A stretch of DNA of 64,000 bases from Fimbriimonadales bacterium (GCA_051003155.1 JBPCLO010000051.1:32001-96000), one strand, 5' to 3'; positions 28,531-38,721 are shown, counted from the first letter of the stretch. Notes: a model not told the origin generated them from the letters alone. Made by a program: numbers and translations.

Positions 28531-29508
28531 ATGTCGAACCTACGTCGGCAAGCAGTAGCTTTTCCCCTCATGCCCGTTATCCTAAGCTACATCGGGATCA
28601 CGGCGATAGTCTTGGCTGTGGATGCTGTTCCCGCGGCCGGAGCGTCCGACATCGACACCGCCAAGACCAGGGCGGCTGAGTTCGAGCTCCTTACCCGGAA
28701 CTATGGGGGCATGTCCGGGAGGCCGATCGGCCCGGCCAGTTCCGCCGCCGCCGACCTATACGTGCGGCGATACGACTCAAACCGCAATAAGGCTGCCGCA
28801 ATCATCCCCGACATTGGACAGCAACTTAGGGCCGTGTTGTCCGCGTCGTCGGCACAACTCGCGCGTCTGATCGACGTCGGGCCGCAGAACCTGCGCCTTC
28901 AAGCTTGTCTCGAAGCAGGTATCCGAAGGGATGCCCGGTGCGTGCCACAAATGATCAAAGCTACAAGGGGCGCCGGCAAAGCGCTCCAAATCGCAGCCGC
29001 GCAAGCTCTCATACCAATGCCGATCGCCAAGACGCGGCCGACGTTCGCGAAGCACCTTGCGGGAAAAGACGCAGCCTTGCGTCTCGTATCCGCTTATGCC
29101 CTCGCAAGGCACAAAGACGACCGCGGAGCGACCGTTCTTTGGAAGTCGCTGGGGTGGCCAACCCAAAACGTACCGGAATCGTTTCGATTCGACGTCGCCA
29201 ACGCGCTAATGGACGCGGGCCAAGCCAGGACTAGGTGGCAGCTGGACAAACTCTTCCGACTCCTCGACGGGGATGCGCGACGGCTGTGCCCGCGCCTCGC
29301 CGCACGTGGCGATGGAGTCGCTCTTCGCAAGCTGAGGCACTGCCTTACCGACATGAGCCTGTACCACGGTGTCCGCAAATGGGCTGCCATGGCGCTTGGC
29401 GATATACGTGATCGGCGTGCTGTACCCCAACTACGCCGCGCACTCGGCGATCAGGTCAAGTCCGTTCGCACCGCAGCGGCTGCCGCACTCCACCGAATCT
29501 TGAAATAG
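28531..29508 (+). CDS. HEAT/PBS-repeat protein
   Basis: VRKWAAMALGDIRDRRAVPQLRRALGD...VRTAAAAAL repeats; N-terminal hydrophobic segment. Confidence 0.7.
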   Translation: MSNLRRQAVAFPLMPVILSYIGITAIVLAVDAVPAAGASDIDTAKTRAAEFELLTRNYGGMSGRPIGPASSAAADLYVRRYDSNRNKAAAIIPDIGQQLRAVLSASSAQLARLIDVGPQNLRLQACLEAGIRRDARCVPQMIKATRGAGKALQIAAAQALIPMPIAKTRPTFAKHLAGKDAALRLVSAYALARHKDDRGATVLWKSLGWPTQNVPESFRFDVANALMDAGQARTRWQLDKLFRLLDGDARRLCPRLAARGDGVALRKLRHCLTDMSLYHGVRKWAAMALGDIRDRRAVPQLRRALGDQVKSVRTAAAAALHRILK

Positions 29509-29536
29509 AGGGTACTCGCCGCTCGTACAGTAGCTT

Positions 29537-30346
29537 ATGCTTATCCCAATCGCTCTTATGGCCATCGGCGGCGACGACTGCTGCGCGTCCATGAAGGACT
29601 TCGCGAAGGACCCGGGGTTTCGCGCCGAACACCTCGCTCCTAAGAATATGAGTTTCACGCCGCAGCACGGCTCGATGGGGACGCTCGATTTCGGCACCGG
29701 AAAGGCTCCGGTCTTTATCGTTCCGCCCGCCAAAGACGCACGGGCAGCCGTGATCGTCGTCCATGAGTGGTGGGGCCTGAACGACTATATCAAGCGCGAG
29801 GCGGAGCGGCTGCACAAAGACACCGGCTACGGTGTCGTCGCAATCGATCTGTACGGCGGCAAGGTCGCCACGACCTCCGAGGAGGCAGGCAAGCTGATCC
29901 AAGCGGTCGACGATGCCACTGCGAAAGCTATCGTAAGGGCCGCACCGGAACAGATCGAGAACGGCAAGCTCTTCGGACGCAAGCTCGAAAAGGTCGGAAC
30001 GCTGGGCTGGTGCTTCGGCGGAGGATGGTCGTTCCAGACTGCCCTGCTCGGTGGCGACAAGGTCGACGCATGCGCATTGTATTACGGCATGCCCGAAACC
30101 GACCCGGCGAAGCTTCGCGACCTGAAGGCGCCAGTTCTCGGCATCTTTGGCAACCAGGACCAGCGGCTGAACGCCGTCCTCGTGGGTAGATTCGCGGAGG
30201 GCATGGCCGGCGCTGCGAGACCGCTCGAGCTGCGCGTCTACAATGCGGGCCACGCCTTCGCCAATCCAAGCAACCCCAAGTACGACAAGGAGAACGCGGA
30301 GGACGCTTGGCAAGCGACGCTGGTATTCTTCAAGCGATATTTATGA
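29537..30346 (+). CDS. Dienelactone hydrolase family protein (probably secreted)
   Basis: VHEWWGLN, GWCFGG nucleophile motif, AGHAFANPS. Confidence 0.93.
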   Translation: MLIPIALMAIGGDDCCASMKDFAKDPGFRAEHLAPKNMSFTPQHGSMGTLDFGTGKAPVFIVPPAKDARAAVIVVHEWWGLNDYIKREAERLHKDTGYGVVAIDLYGGKVATTSEEAGKLIQAVDDATAKAIVRAAPEQIENGKLFGRKLEKVGTLGWCFGGGWSFQTALLGGDKVDACALYYGMPETDPAKLRDLKAPVLGIFGNQDQRLNAVLVGRFAEGMAGAARPLELRVYNAGHAFANPSNPKYDKENAEDAWQATLVFFKRYL

Positions 30347-30996
30347 GGAAGTTTGCGACCGTAATCGGGATTGCACTCGCCATCCAGTCTCAAGCGCAGG
30401 AAAAACCCGAACCGAAAAAGGTCCAGGATCCGCCGCCGTCGGTCCCTACCTGAACCGGGTGACCCGGTGAGGGGGGCTTCCTCGGTTCGGGGGAGATTCA
30501 AAAGGAATGGGTGTTCAGCGCCAGATACGTCGACATCGACGCCGACCGTGCTCGCTACCGCCTAACCGCCGCCTACCGCTTCACGCCGAGACTCCAGGCC
30601 GGGCTCGAATACAACCCCGCGGCTGACGAGATTGGTTTCATCGGCAACTATATCCTTGCGACCGAGACGCCCGAGTCCCCGGCAATCAGCCTCGGCACGT
30701 CCAGCGACCGCATTGGCACCCCGGCCGGACCGAAGATGTATTACGTAACCTTCTCCAAGGGCCTCTCAAGCCTCAAGCTTGTGCCCTACGTCTCTATCGC
30801 CTATTCCGAGCACGACGACGGCATTAACTTCCCATTCGGGGCGACCTATTGGATCACGCCGCAGTGGTCTATTCTCGGCATGAATGACGGCCGCAAATCG
30901 CACCTCATGCTGAACCACCTGCAGCACGATTTCAGCGTGTCGCTCATGCTGGTGCGTATGGAGCGATTCGGGCTGAGCCTCGCTTGGGGCTTCTGA
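30343..30996 (+). CDS. Putative outer-membrane beta-barrel selenoprotein with U-T-G-U motif (UGA at 30451-30453 and 30460-30462)
   Basis: ATG overlaps the upstream stop (ATGA). Reads MRKFATVIGIALAIQSQA|QEKPEPKKVQDPPPSVPT-U-TG-U-PGEGGFLGSGEIQKEW, in frame with track ORF 30511..30996, which has amphipathic beta strands and ends ...GLSLAWGF. Confidence 0.72.
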
Positions 30997-31020
30997 AAAG
31001 CTAATAGGTATTCTCAAGGT

Positions 31021-31875
31021 GTGGAACCATTCCTGGGAGAGGAGCCGGTTGGCTGGCCCATGCTCGTCGACGTCGCGCTGGGGGAGGATATCGGACATGG
31101 GGACGTCACGCGGTTCGCCGTGCCCGACGACGCGCGGTCCTATTATGAAATCGAAGCCCAAGCGGACGGCGTGGTTTGCGGCGTCGGAATCGCCCTCGAC
31201 CTTTTGACCCCGCTCGGCGACGCAGAGGAAGACGAGTTCATCGAATACAAAATGGTCGACGGCGACGCCGTATCCTCAGGATCGATTGTCTTGGCGGGCC
31301 GCCTTCAGACCCGAGAACTCCTGAGAAATGAGAGAACAGCCCTCAACTTCCTCATGCATCTCTCGGGCGTTGCAGCGCTCACGTCGCAATATGTCGCAAA
31401 GACAGAAGGCACCAAAGCGAAAATCCTCGACACTCGCAAGACGCTTCCGGGTCTCCGGCCCTTACAGAAGTACGCCGTGAAGTGCGGCGGCGGGGTTAAC
31501 CACCGCATGGGCCTCTTCGACGGAGTACTTATCAAGGACAACCATATTAAGGCCGCCGGCGGAGTCGTGCAAGCTATTCAGGCTATTCGGGGGAAAGCCC
31601 CGCACACGATGCGCGTCGAGATCGAGTGCACGACCGTAGCACAAGTGGACCGGGCGATCGGCGCGGGTGCGGACATCATACTCCTCGACAATATGTCCCT
31701 GGGTGAAATGACCGACGCCGTGGGCATCGGCCGAGGAAAGGTTCTCTTCGAGGCCAGCGGCGGGGTAAACCTCGACTCGGTCGCCGACATCGCGAAAACC
31801 GGGGTGGACTACATCTCAGTAGGAGCACTTACGCATTCAGCTGCCTCTCTTCCATTTCATCTCGAATTCCGATGA
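31021..31875 (+). CDS. nadC: Nicotinate-nucleotide pyrophosphorylase (carboxylating)
   Basis: ED...GDVT, ERTALNFL, DTRKT.PG, NHRMGL.D..LIKDNH, ILLDN, EASGG, ISVGALTHS. Confidence 0.97.
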   Translation: MEPFLGEEPVGWPMLVDVALGEDIGHGDVTRFAVPDDARSYYEIEAQADGVVCGVGIALDLLTPLGDAEEDEFIEYKMVDGDAVSSGSIVLAGRLQTRELLRNERTALNFLMHLSGVAALTSQYVAKTEGTKAKILDTRKTLPGLRPLQKYAVKCGGGVNHRMGLFDGVLIKDNHIKAAGGVVQAIQAIRGKAPHTMRVEIECTTVAQVDRAIGAGADIILLDNMSLGEMTDAVGIGRGKVLFEASGGVNLDSVADIAKTGVDYISVGALTHSAASLPFHLEFR

Positions 31876-32606
31876 AACCGGTGCGGTCTCGGTCTCGAAA
31901 ACTGATCGAAGTCGACTCGATCGGCTCCACGCAGACCGAGTTAGCGACTTATGTCAAGCAAGGCCGCGAGGATATCGCGGCGATCTTAGCCAAGGAACAG
32001 ACGGAAGGTCGCGGACGGTTCGGGCGCACTTGGTTCAGTCCAAGAGAGGGCTCGCTCTCACTTTCGATCGCACTCTTCGACTACGCGAATTGGCCCGCTC
32101 CTCAGTTTCTGGGCATGGCGATCGCGCTCGGCGCCGCCGAGGCCCTCGGGTGCGGCGTGGTTTGGCCCAATGACCTTGTCCCTCCGCCCTCCCACCCCGG
32201 GCTGCGCAAGCTTGGCGGCGTGTTGAGCGAGCTGGTTCGCGCGCCGGATGGGCGGCTCATTCCCGTCGTCGGCATCGGCATCAATATCGGCGTTGAGAGC
32301 TTTCCGGGCGAACTCGCCGGGACGGCGACAGCATTGCATTTAGCCACAGGCGAAAACCTGACGCCGAAAGAGGTTTGCGAACGAATTCTCGGGGCCTTAA
32401 GAGAAGTTCCGGAACCCAACAGATGGGGAGATATTGAGCTGCGATGGCGAGCGATTGATCGGACGAAGGGGAAGCTCTATAAGCTTCCGGATGGCAGGGT
32501 GGCAAGCGCGATCGGGATCGGGGACCTAGGCCAATTGATCGGAGACGTCGACGGAGTGAAAATCGAAGTCTCATCTGCAGAAGGAATCTTCGGAGGAGCT
32601 ATCTGA
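31872..32606 (+). CDS. birA: Biotin--protein ligase (no HTH domain)
   Basis: ST, QTEGRGRFGRTW.SP, WPND, KLGGVL.E, GIGIN. Confidence 0.88.
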   Translation: MKPVRSRSRKLIEVDSIGSTQTELATYVKQGREDIAAILAKEQTEGRGRFGRTWFSPREGSLSLSIALFDYANWPAPQFLGMAIALGAAEALGCGVVWPNDLVPPPSHPGLRKLGGVLSELVRAPDGRLIPVVGIGINIGVESFPGELAGTATALHLATGENLTPKEVCERILGALREVPEPNRWGDIELRWRAIDRTKGKLYKLPDGRVASAIGIGDLGQLIGDVDGVKIEVSSAEGIFGGAI

Positions 32607-33324
32607 GAGGGAAGAACTCGGCGGACAACGTGCCGTTGGAGAATGTGTATCGGCCCGCAAATCTTGCGTGGCTGCCCGTTTGGCAGACCCAAGTTTCTTC
32701 GACCTTGATTGGTTCCTCCAGGAAGTTGTGCGAATGCCCACCCAAGATCAGGTCGATGCCCAGAACCCTGGAGGCCAGTGCAAGGTCCTCGGTGAGGCCG
32801 ATGTGAGAAAGACAGATTATTGTCTTTGCCGAATCCCTTAAGCGCTCCACGCAAGCCATCGCGGCTTTGATGGGTGACGTGTTGACGAAAGCGCTGATAT
32901 GCTTCGCCGCCATTTTGTCCGTTACCATGGGCACCATCACTCCGAATACAGCGACGTCGCCCATGATCATTTCGGAAGGCAGCGGGTCCATGTCCATATC
33001 GAGGTCCTCGAGCAAGGCCTTATGCTTGCCTGTCTTCCACTTCAAGTTCGCCGCCAAGACAGGATGCATGCATCCCGCGAGCTTGGCTCGGAAGCCAGCC
33101 TCGGTAACGTGGAACTCTCGATTGCCCGGGACGCTGGCCGTGCAACGTGCGTCCGCCAGACGAGCCCAAACAGGGTCGATCGAGAGCGGAACCGCGACGT
33201 TGCCGGCTTTCACACAGTCGCCGCTGTCGAAATAGAAATCCGCGGTCGGGCGCAACGCCTTCAGCTTCTCGGCGGCTTCGGAATTGAGCTTGCCGTGCAG
33301 ATCGTTCGTATGCAGAATCACCAT
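32599..33324 (-). CDS. Metallophosphoesterase, 5'-nucleotidase N-terminal-type domain only
   Basis: ILHTNDLHG, DSGD, GNREF, LSHIG...D..LA, ILGGHSH. Confidence 0.85.
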   Translation of the reverse strand: MVILHTNDLHGKLNSEAAEKLKALRPTADFYFDSGDCVKAGNVAVPLSIDPVWARLADARCTASVPGNREFHVTEAGFRAKLAGCMHPVLAANLKWKTGKHKALLEDLDMDMDPLPSEMIMGDVAVFGVMVPMVTDKMAAKHISAFVNTSPIKAAMACVERLRDSAKTIICLSHIGLTEDLALASRVLGIDLILGGHSHNFLEEPIKVEETWVCQTGSHARFAGRYTFSNGTLSAEFFPLR

Positions 33325-33401
33325 TGCGAACGTGAATACGATACCGGATAAAGCTATAGGCGGCTTCAGGCGTCATAATAAGACATGCAAGGAGGAACGC
33401 A

Positions 33402-33902
33402 ATGACGACCGCGATTTTGGCGGCCATGACTCTCATGAGCCCGCCGCCCGTTCAAGACTACACCGCCAATCTGCTCAAGGCAGGGACGATGGCCCCGAAT
33501 TTCACTTTGAAGACCCCGGCCGGCAAGGCGATCAAATTCAGCAACGTTTACAAGAAGAACAGAGCCACGATCCTCAATTTCTGGTTCTATCACTGAGGCG
33601 CCTGCCGTGAGGAGTTGCCTCACCTGAACAAGCTTTACAAACAAAACAAGGCCAAGGGCCTGGCGATCATTTCGATGAACCGGGGCGACTCGGCGAAAGT
33701 CGCCGGCGACTATTGGAAGAAGGAGGGCCTGGCTTTCCCCACCGTTCTTGGGCCGGACGCCTGGCACGACAAATACAAGGTCAGCGCTTATCCCACGAAC
33801 TACGTCGTGGGCAGATCCGGCAAGATTATCGCCCGCTTCGTCGGATGGGACGAAGCCGCTATGAAGAAAATTCTGCGTTCCAAAGGCATCCCCGCTAACT
33901 AG
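33402..33902 (+). CDS. TlpA/redoxin-family selenoprotein, U-G-A-C motif (UGA at 33594-33596)
   Basis: Track ORFs 33402..33596 and 33615..33902 are in one frame: APNFTL...ILNFWFYH-U-GACREELPHL...YKVSAYPTNYVV...GKI; GGAGG RBS; hairpin 10 nt after the UGA. Confidence 0.9.
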
Positions 33903-33985
33903 ACGCGGATACCCGATGCCCTCTGCGATGCCGGGCTCCGTGAAGGAGTGTGGCATCGCATTGAACGAGGTAATCTCTGCCTCCG

Positions 33986-34609
33986 ATGGACCTGATCCAA
34001 TTGACCCCCGGAGGCAGCCGACCTAAGGCGCCAAAACCCGAGAACGTCGAGCTTCATTTCAGCGAAAAGGCCGTCCTCGAACTTGAAAGGTTGGTGACCC
34101 ACTACCCCGACAAGAAATCTGCGATGCTGCCTGCGCTGTGGATTGCTCAACGTGAATACGGTGGCTACCTACCCGCAGATGCTCTTGCCGAAGTGGCGCT
34201 CCGCTTGGAAAGAAGCTACGCCGAGGTCGAAGGCGTCGCCACTTTCTATTCGATGTACCACCCACACCACGCCGTAGGGAAACACCTCATCGAGGTCTGC
34301 ACGTGCCTGTCCTGCCACGTCTGTAGCGCATACCGAATCGCCGACTACCTGAAGGAGAAGTTGAAGATCGACTGGATGGGGACCACCGAGGACGGCATGT
34401 TCACGCTCGAAGAGGTGGAGTGCTTAGACGCTTGCGATCGAGCGCCGGTGCTGCAGATCGGCGATCAGTACTATGGGCCCGTAACGGAGAAAGACGTCGA
34501 CGACTTGCTCGACAAGCTTCGCGCCGCCCCTGAACCGACGACTATCAAGCTTGCAGACGAAATCGTGCAGGCCCAACTGCATAAGTCAGACCAAGAACGC
34601 ATTTCTTAA
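33986..34609 (+). CDS. nuoE: NADH-quinone oxidoreductase subunit E
   Basis: YP.KKSAMLPAL..AQ, VATFYSMY, VCTCLSCHVC, VECLDACDRAP. Confidence 0.92.
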   Translation: MDLIQLTPGGSRPKAPKPENVELHFSEKAVLELERLVTHYPDKKSAMLPALWIAQREYGGYLPADALAEVALRLERSYAEVEGVATFYSMYHPHHAVGKHLIEVCTCLSCHVCSAYRIADYLKEKLKIDWMGTTEDGMFTLEEVECLDACDRAPVLQIGDQYYGPVTEKDVDDLLDKLRAAPEPTTIKLADEIVQAQLHKSDQERIS

Positions 34610-34642
34610 GGCATCGAACATAAACCGCCGGGCGATAGGCGG

Positions 34643-37255
34643 CTATCTCTTTTTACTTGTAGCCACGCCCTTCGGCTCGAACTCGAAGCTCCCATCGCGG
34701 TAGTCGACAAGGACCATACCGCCGTCGCCAACGGTTCCTTTGAGAATCTCCTGTGCCAGAGGGTTGAGGACTTCGCGTTGAATCGCGCGCTTTAGCGGCC
34801 TTGCGCCGAATGTCGGATCGTAACCGAGAGCCGCCAACTGGTCTTTCGCCGCATCCGTCAGCTCGAGGTTGATCTTGCGGCCGGAAAGCCGTTTGGCTAG
34901 TAAACGGACTTGGATCTCGACGATTTGCTTGATCTCCATCGGACTCAGCGGGCTGAAGACCACGATGTCGTCGATCCGGTTCAAGAACTCCGGCCGGAAA
35001 AAACTCCTAACGGCCTCCATCACCCGTCGCTTTACGTCCTCCGTGATGTCGAGCGGCATGTCGCCGTATTCGTGGGACCCCAAGTTGCTCGTCATGATCA
35101 CGACCGCATTGCGAAAGTCGACCGTCCGTCCCTGTCCGTCAGTCAGCCTTCCGTCGTCGAGCAACTGGAGGAGAACATTGAAGACTTCGGGGTGTGCCTT
35201 CTCGATCTCGTCGAGAAGGATGACGCTGTACGGCTTGCGCCGAACGGCCTCGGTAAGCTGGCCCCCCTCTTCGTAGCCGACGTATCCCGGGGGCGCTCCA
35301 ATCAGGCGCGCCACAGTGTGCTTCTCCTGGTACTCGCTCATGTCGATGCGGATCATGCTTCGCTCGTCGTCGAAAAGTAGCTCAGCCAGCGCACGGGCGA
35401 GTTCTGTTTTGCCCACCCCGGTTGGACCGAGGAACAGGAACGAGCCGACGGGCCGATTTGGATCGGCGATGCCGCTCCGAGACCGTCGAACTGCGTCGCT
35501 CACAACCCGAATCGCTTCGTCCTGGCCGACCACACGGTCATGCAGCCGGTCGTCCATCTTGAGAAGCTTGGCCATCTCTCCCTCGACGAGTCTCGAAACA
35601 GGGATCCCGGTCCACTTGGCCACAACCTCGGCCACATCCTCGTCGTCGACTTCTTCCTTGAGCATCTTCTGGTCTTTCTGAAGCCTTGCCAATTCCTCCT
35701 CGAAATCGCGTACTTGCTCGCTCAGCTGCGGCAGTTCGCCGTGCTGGATTTGCGCCGCGCGTTCCCAGTCCTGGTCGCGCTCTGCTTGCTGCAATGCCGT
35801 CCGTGCTGCCTCCATTTGCTCTTTGACGCCGCGAATTTCCGCGATCTTGTCCTTTTCGCTTTGCCAATGAGCCGCGAGGACAGACCGCTGTTCATTAAGC
35901 TCGGCAAGCTCCCTTTCGAGTCTCTCCAGCCTCTCCTTGCTCGCGTCGTCCTCCTCCTTGCGCAACGCCTGCTTTTCGATTTCGAGCTGGGCCACTCGCC
36001 TGTCGAGGGTGTCGATCTCCGTCGGCACGCTGTCGATCTCCATGCGCAGGCGGCTCGCGGCTTCGTCCATCAAGTCGATCGCTTTGTCGGGAAGAAATCG
36101 GTCGGTGATGTATCTGTCGCTGAGTGTCACCGCCGCCACAATTGCCGAATCCGTAATGCGAACGCCGTGGTGGACCTCGTACCTCTCCTTCAAGCCGCGA
36201 AGGATCGCGATCGCGTCCTCGACGCTCGGCTGGTCCACCATTACCGGCTGGAACCGCCTCTCAAGCGCCGCGTCCTTCTCGATGTACTTCCGGTACTCGT
36301 CGAGCGTCGTCGCGCCGACGCAGCGCAGCTCGCCTCTAGCGAGCTTTGGCTTGAGCATGTTCGCCGCGTCCATGGAACCTTCCGCCCGGCCGGCGCCCAC
36401 CAAGTTGTGGAGCTCGTCGATAAACAGAATGATCTCCCCATCCGAAGCCTCGATATCCTCCAACACCGCCTTCAGCCGCTCTTCGAACTCGCCCCGGAAC
36501 TTCGCACCCGCAACAAGAGCGCCCAGGTCCAGGGAAACGACGCTCTTTCCCTTCAGGCCCTCCGGAACGTCGCCGGCCACAACCCTTTGCGCCAACCCCT
36601 CGGCGATCGCGGTTTTGCCTACGCCCGGCTCCCCGATCAGCACGGGGTTGTTCTTGGTTCGGCGGCTCAGCACTTGCACCACCCGGCGGATCTCCGCGTC
36701 GCGTCCGATTACCGGGTCGAGATCGCCCTTTCGCGCCGCCGCCGTCAAGTCGCGGCCGTACTTTTCGAGCGCCTGATACTTGTCCTCGGGTGACTGGTCG
36801 GTGACCCTTCGCCCCCCGCGAATGCTCTCGATCGCCCTTTCCAAATTCTGGACATCGGCTCCTGCGGCTCGCAGGGCGCGCCCCGCGAAGCCCTTGGTAT
36901 CCGACGCTATTCCGAGAAGCAGATGCTCCGTGCTCACGTAGTCGTCGTCGAGTTTCTCAGCCTCGCGAAACGCATGGTCGATTGCCTCGCGCAGACGATT
37001 GCCGAGAGCAGATCCGTACGCAGATGCGCCCTGAACCTTAGACTGCCTCTCCAAGTCTGAGCGCACCTCGGCTTCGAGAGGCGACGAAGCAGCCCCGACT
37101 TTATCCAGCAGAGGCTTCGCGATTCCCTCAGATTGTTGCAAAAGCGCAAGCAGCAGGTGTTCGGGCTCGATCTGGGTGTGCTGACAGTCTTCGGCGATCG
37201 TTTGCGCGGCTTGGACGGCGTCCTGGCCCTTCAGGGTTAGCTTGTCGAGTCTCAT
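34643..37255 (-). CDS. clpB: ATP-dependent chaperone ClpB
   Basis: Two AAA modules ([16 protein letters not shown]), long middle coiled coil, Clp N-domain. Confidence 0.97.
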   Translation of the reverse strand: MRLDKLTLKGQDAVQAAQTIAEDCQHTQIEPEHLLLALLQQSEGIAKPLLDKVGAASSPLEAEVRSDLERQSKVQGASAYGSALGNRLREAIDHAFREAEKLDDDYVSTEHLLLGIASDTKGFAGRALRAAGADVQNLERAIESIRGGRRVTDQSPEDKYQALEKYGRDLTAAARKGDLDPVIGRDAEIRRVVQVLSRRTKNNPVLIGEPGVGKTAIAEGLAQRVVAGDVPEGLKGKSVVSLDLGALVAGAKFRGEFEERLKAVLEDIEASDGEIILFIDELHNLVGAGRAEGSMDAANMLKPKLARGELRCVGATTLDEYRKYIEKDAALERRFQPVMVDQPSVEDAIAILRGLKERYEVHHGVRITDSAIVAAVTLSDRYITDRFLPDKAIDLMDEAASRLRMEIDSVPTEIDTLDRRVAQLEIEKQALRKEEDDASKERLERLERELAELNEQRSVLAAHWQSEKDKIAEIRGVKEQMEAARTALQQAERDQDWERAAQIQHGELPQLSEQVRDFEEELARLQKDQKMLKEEVDDEDVAEVVAKWTGIPVSRLVEGEMAKLLKMDDRLHDRVVGQDEAIRVVSDAVRRSRSGIADPNRPVGSFLFLGPTGVGKTELARALAELLFDDERSMIRIDMSEYQEKHTVARLIGAPPGYVGYEEGGQLTEAVRRKPYSVILLDEIEKAHPEVFNVLLQLLDDGRLTDGQGRTVDFRNAVVIMTSNLGSHEYGDMPLDITEDVKRRVMEAVRSFFRPEFLNRIDDIVVFSPLSPMEIKQIVEIQVRLLAKRLSGRKINLELTDAAKDQLAALGYDPTFGARPLKRAIQREVLNPLAQEILKGTVGDGGMVLVDYRDGSFEFEPKGVATSKKR

Positions 37256-37299
37256 TTCTTCTAGAGCGAGTACCTGTTATACTCCAGGGGCCAAGATAC

Positions 37300-37330
37300 A
37301 AGAGACCCCCGCCCTAAACAGGACGGGGGC
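37300..37330 (-). terminator. Probable intrinsic terminator
   Basis: GCCCCCGTCCT-GTTT-AGGGCGGGGGT hairpin with a pyrimidine-rich tail, downstream of the 37351 gene. Confidence 0.55.
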
Positions 37331-37350
37331 CCAGCCCAACGTAAGCCATT

Positions 37351-38073
37351 TTACTTGTCGATTCGGGTAACGGTGGCGGTGGCGTCGGTGGGCGGCATGC
37401 TGGCGTCGAACTGCACATTCTTCATGCTGTACGTGCCCTTTACGAGTTCGCCCGCAGAGGCGGTCAGCCAGACGGTGCCGGCTCCGGTCATCGGCGTATC
37501 ACCGGCGGTCTCCTTATAGGTGAAGCCAATTCTTAGGTTCTTGGCTTCGCCCACGGTCTCGACCGCTTCGAGGGTATAGGTCGCTTCAGCATCTACGGTG
37601 TTCTTGCTAGCGTCGCCCTTCACCTTCCTGCTCCAAGGCTCGCCAATCTTTACTTCCTTGTTCGGATAGTAGAACGCGAAGGCATTCTCCAGTCTCTCCT
37701 GGCGCGCTTCGCTTGGCGAATCGCTCTTCGATTCGAGCGGTTCGCCGTTCGCGTTGAACGTTGTCGTGGTCGTGTACTTCTGCTCGCCCATCATCTGGGT
37801 CATGTCCTCACCGTTGACCATCAACGAAAAGGCGTCCGCAGCGATCTCGACGACGACCTTACCGCCTTCGACCTTGGTGATCTTCTCGGTGTGGTTCATC
37901 GCGAAGTTCATATCCATCTTCTGGCCGCCGGCGTCGATATTCGCGGCAACAGCGATCTTGAACTTCGAGGTCTTGCCGACCTCCGGCTTCCATTCGACTT
38001 TGGCGCTCTCTTGCGCCGCGAAGGCGGCCACGGCCAATAACGCTGCAGCCCCCACAAAAAGTTTGGTTCTCAT
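37351..38073 (-). CDS. Hypothetical secreted beta-rich protein
   Basis: Signal peptide (..AFA|AQ), GGAG RBS, P.KEVKIGEPW motif. Confidence 0.75.
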   Translation of the reverse strand: MRTKLFVGAAALLAVAAFAAQESAKVEWKPEVGKTSKFKIAVAANIDAGGQKMDMNFAMNHTEKITKVEGGKVVVEIAADAFSLMVNGEDMTQMMGEQKYTTTTTFNANGEPLESKSDSPSEARQERLENAFAFYYPNKEVKIGEPWSRKVKGDASKNTVDAEATYTLEAVETVGEAKNLRIGFTYKETAGDTPMTGAGTVWLTASAGELVKGTYSMKNVQFDASMPPTDATATVTRIDK

Positions 38074-38145
38074 GTTGTAAATTATGTCTCCTTGACGCAT
38101 CCTTCAGGAATACGTGCGAGCAGTAGTCTTAGTTGCTGTCATTTA

Positions 38146-38721
38146 CTATCGATTTAGCACTCGCATTACCCAGTTGCTAATGATCGACTTGCCATGCTCC
38201 GTGAGGATGCTCTCCGGGTGGAACTGCACGCCTTCCACGTCTAAGTCCCGGTGTCGCAACCCCATGATCTCGCCATCGTCGGCAGTCGCAGTGATTTCGA
38301 GTTCCGCCGGCAAGCTGTCACGCTCGACGACGAGACTGTGATAACGAATCCCTCGGAACGGCGACGGCAAGCCTTCGAAGACTCCCTTGCCGTCGTGCGA
38401 GATGGCGGACTCCTTGCCATGCATGATCCTTTCCGCCCGAACGATCTTGCCGCCATAAACTTCGCCGATTGCTTGCATCCCCAAGCACACTCCGAAGATG
38501 GGAGCCTTGCCCGCAAACGCCCTAACCAATTCTTCACTGATCCCAGCCTTGTCCGGCGTGCAAGGGCCGGGCGAGATCAAAACGGCTTGAGGATTCAACG
38601 CCACCGCTCCTTCGACGCTGACTTCGTCATTCCGCTTCACCAAGATCTCCGCCCCCGATTCCTCCGCCAACTGGGCCACGTTGTACGTGAAACTATCGTA
38701 GTTGTCGAGGAGCAGGATCAT
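38146..38721 (-). CDS. trpG: Anthranilate synthase component II (glutamine amidotransferase)
   Basis: MILLLDNYDSFTYN, ISPGPC, GVCLGMQ, RYHSL, GVQFHPES; ATGA overlap with trpE. Confidence 0.93.
   Translation of the reverse strand: MILLLDNYDSFTYNVAQLAEESGAEILVKRNDEVSVEGAVALNPQAVLISPGPCTPDKAGISEELVRAFAGKAPIFGVCLGMQAIGEVYGGKIVRAERIMHGKESAISHDGKGVFEGLPSPFRGIRYHSLVVERDSLPAELEITATADDGEIMGLRHRDLDVEGVQFHPESILTEHGKSIISNWVMRVLNR

Noticed and set aside
30451..33596. UGA reassigned genome-wide to Trp or Gly (genetic code 4 or 25)
   Set aside because: Many genes end in TGA at the expected place (nadC, fabI, trpE, rtcB), prfB with its UGA frameshift is present, and the in-frame UGAs in selD and tlpA fall at Cys-type positions.
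35540..36793. Long antisense ORFs over clpB (and similar ones over uvrB, trpE, DUF885 and the GH78 gene)
   Set aside because: Shadow ORFs expected in high-GC coding DNA, with no recognisable motifs.
37256..37300. CIRCE/HrcA operator upstream of clpB
   Set aside because: No TTAGCACTC-N9-GAGTGCTAA inverted repeat is visible.
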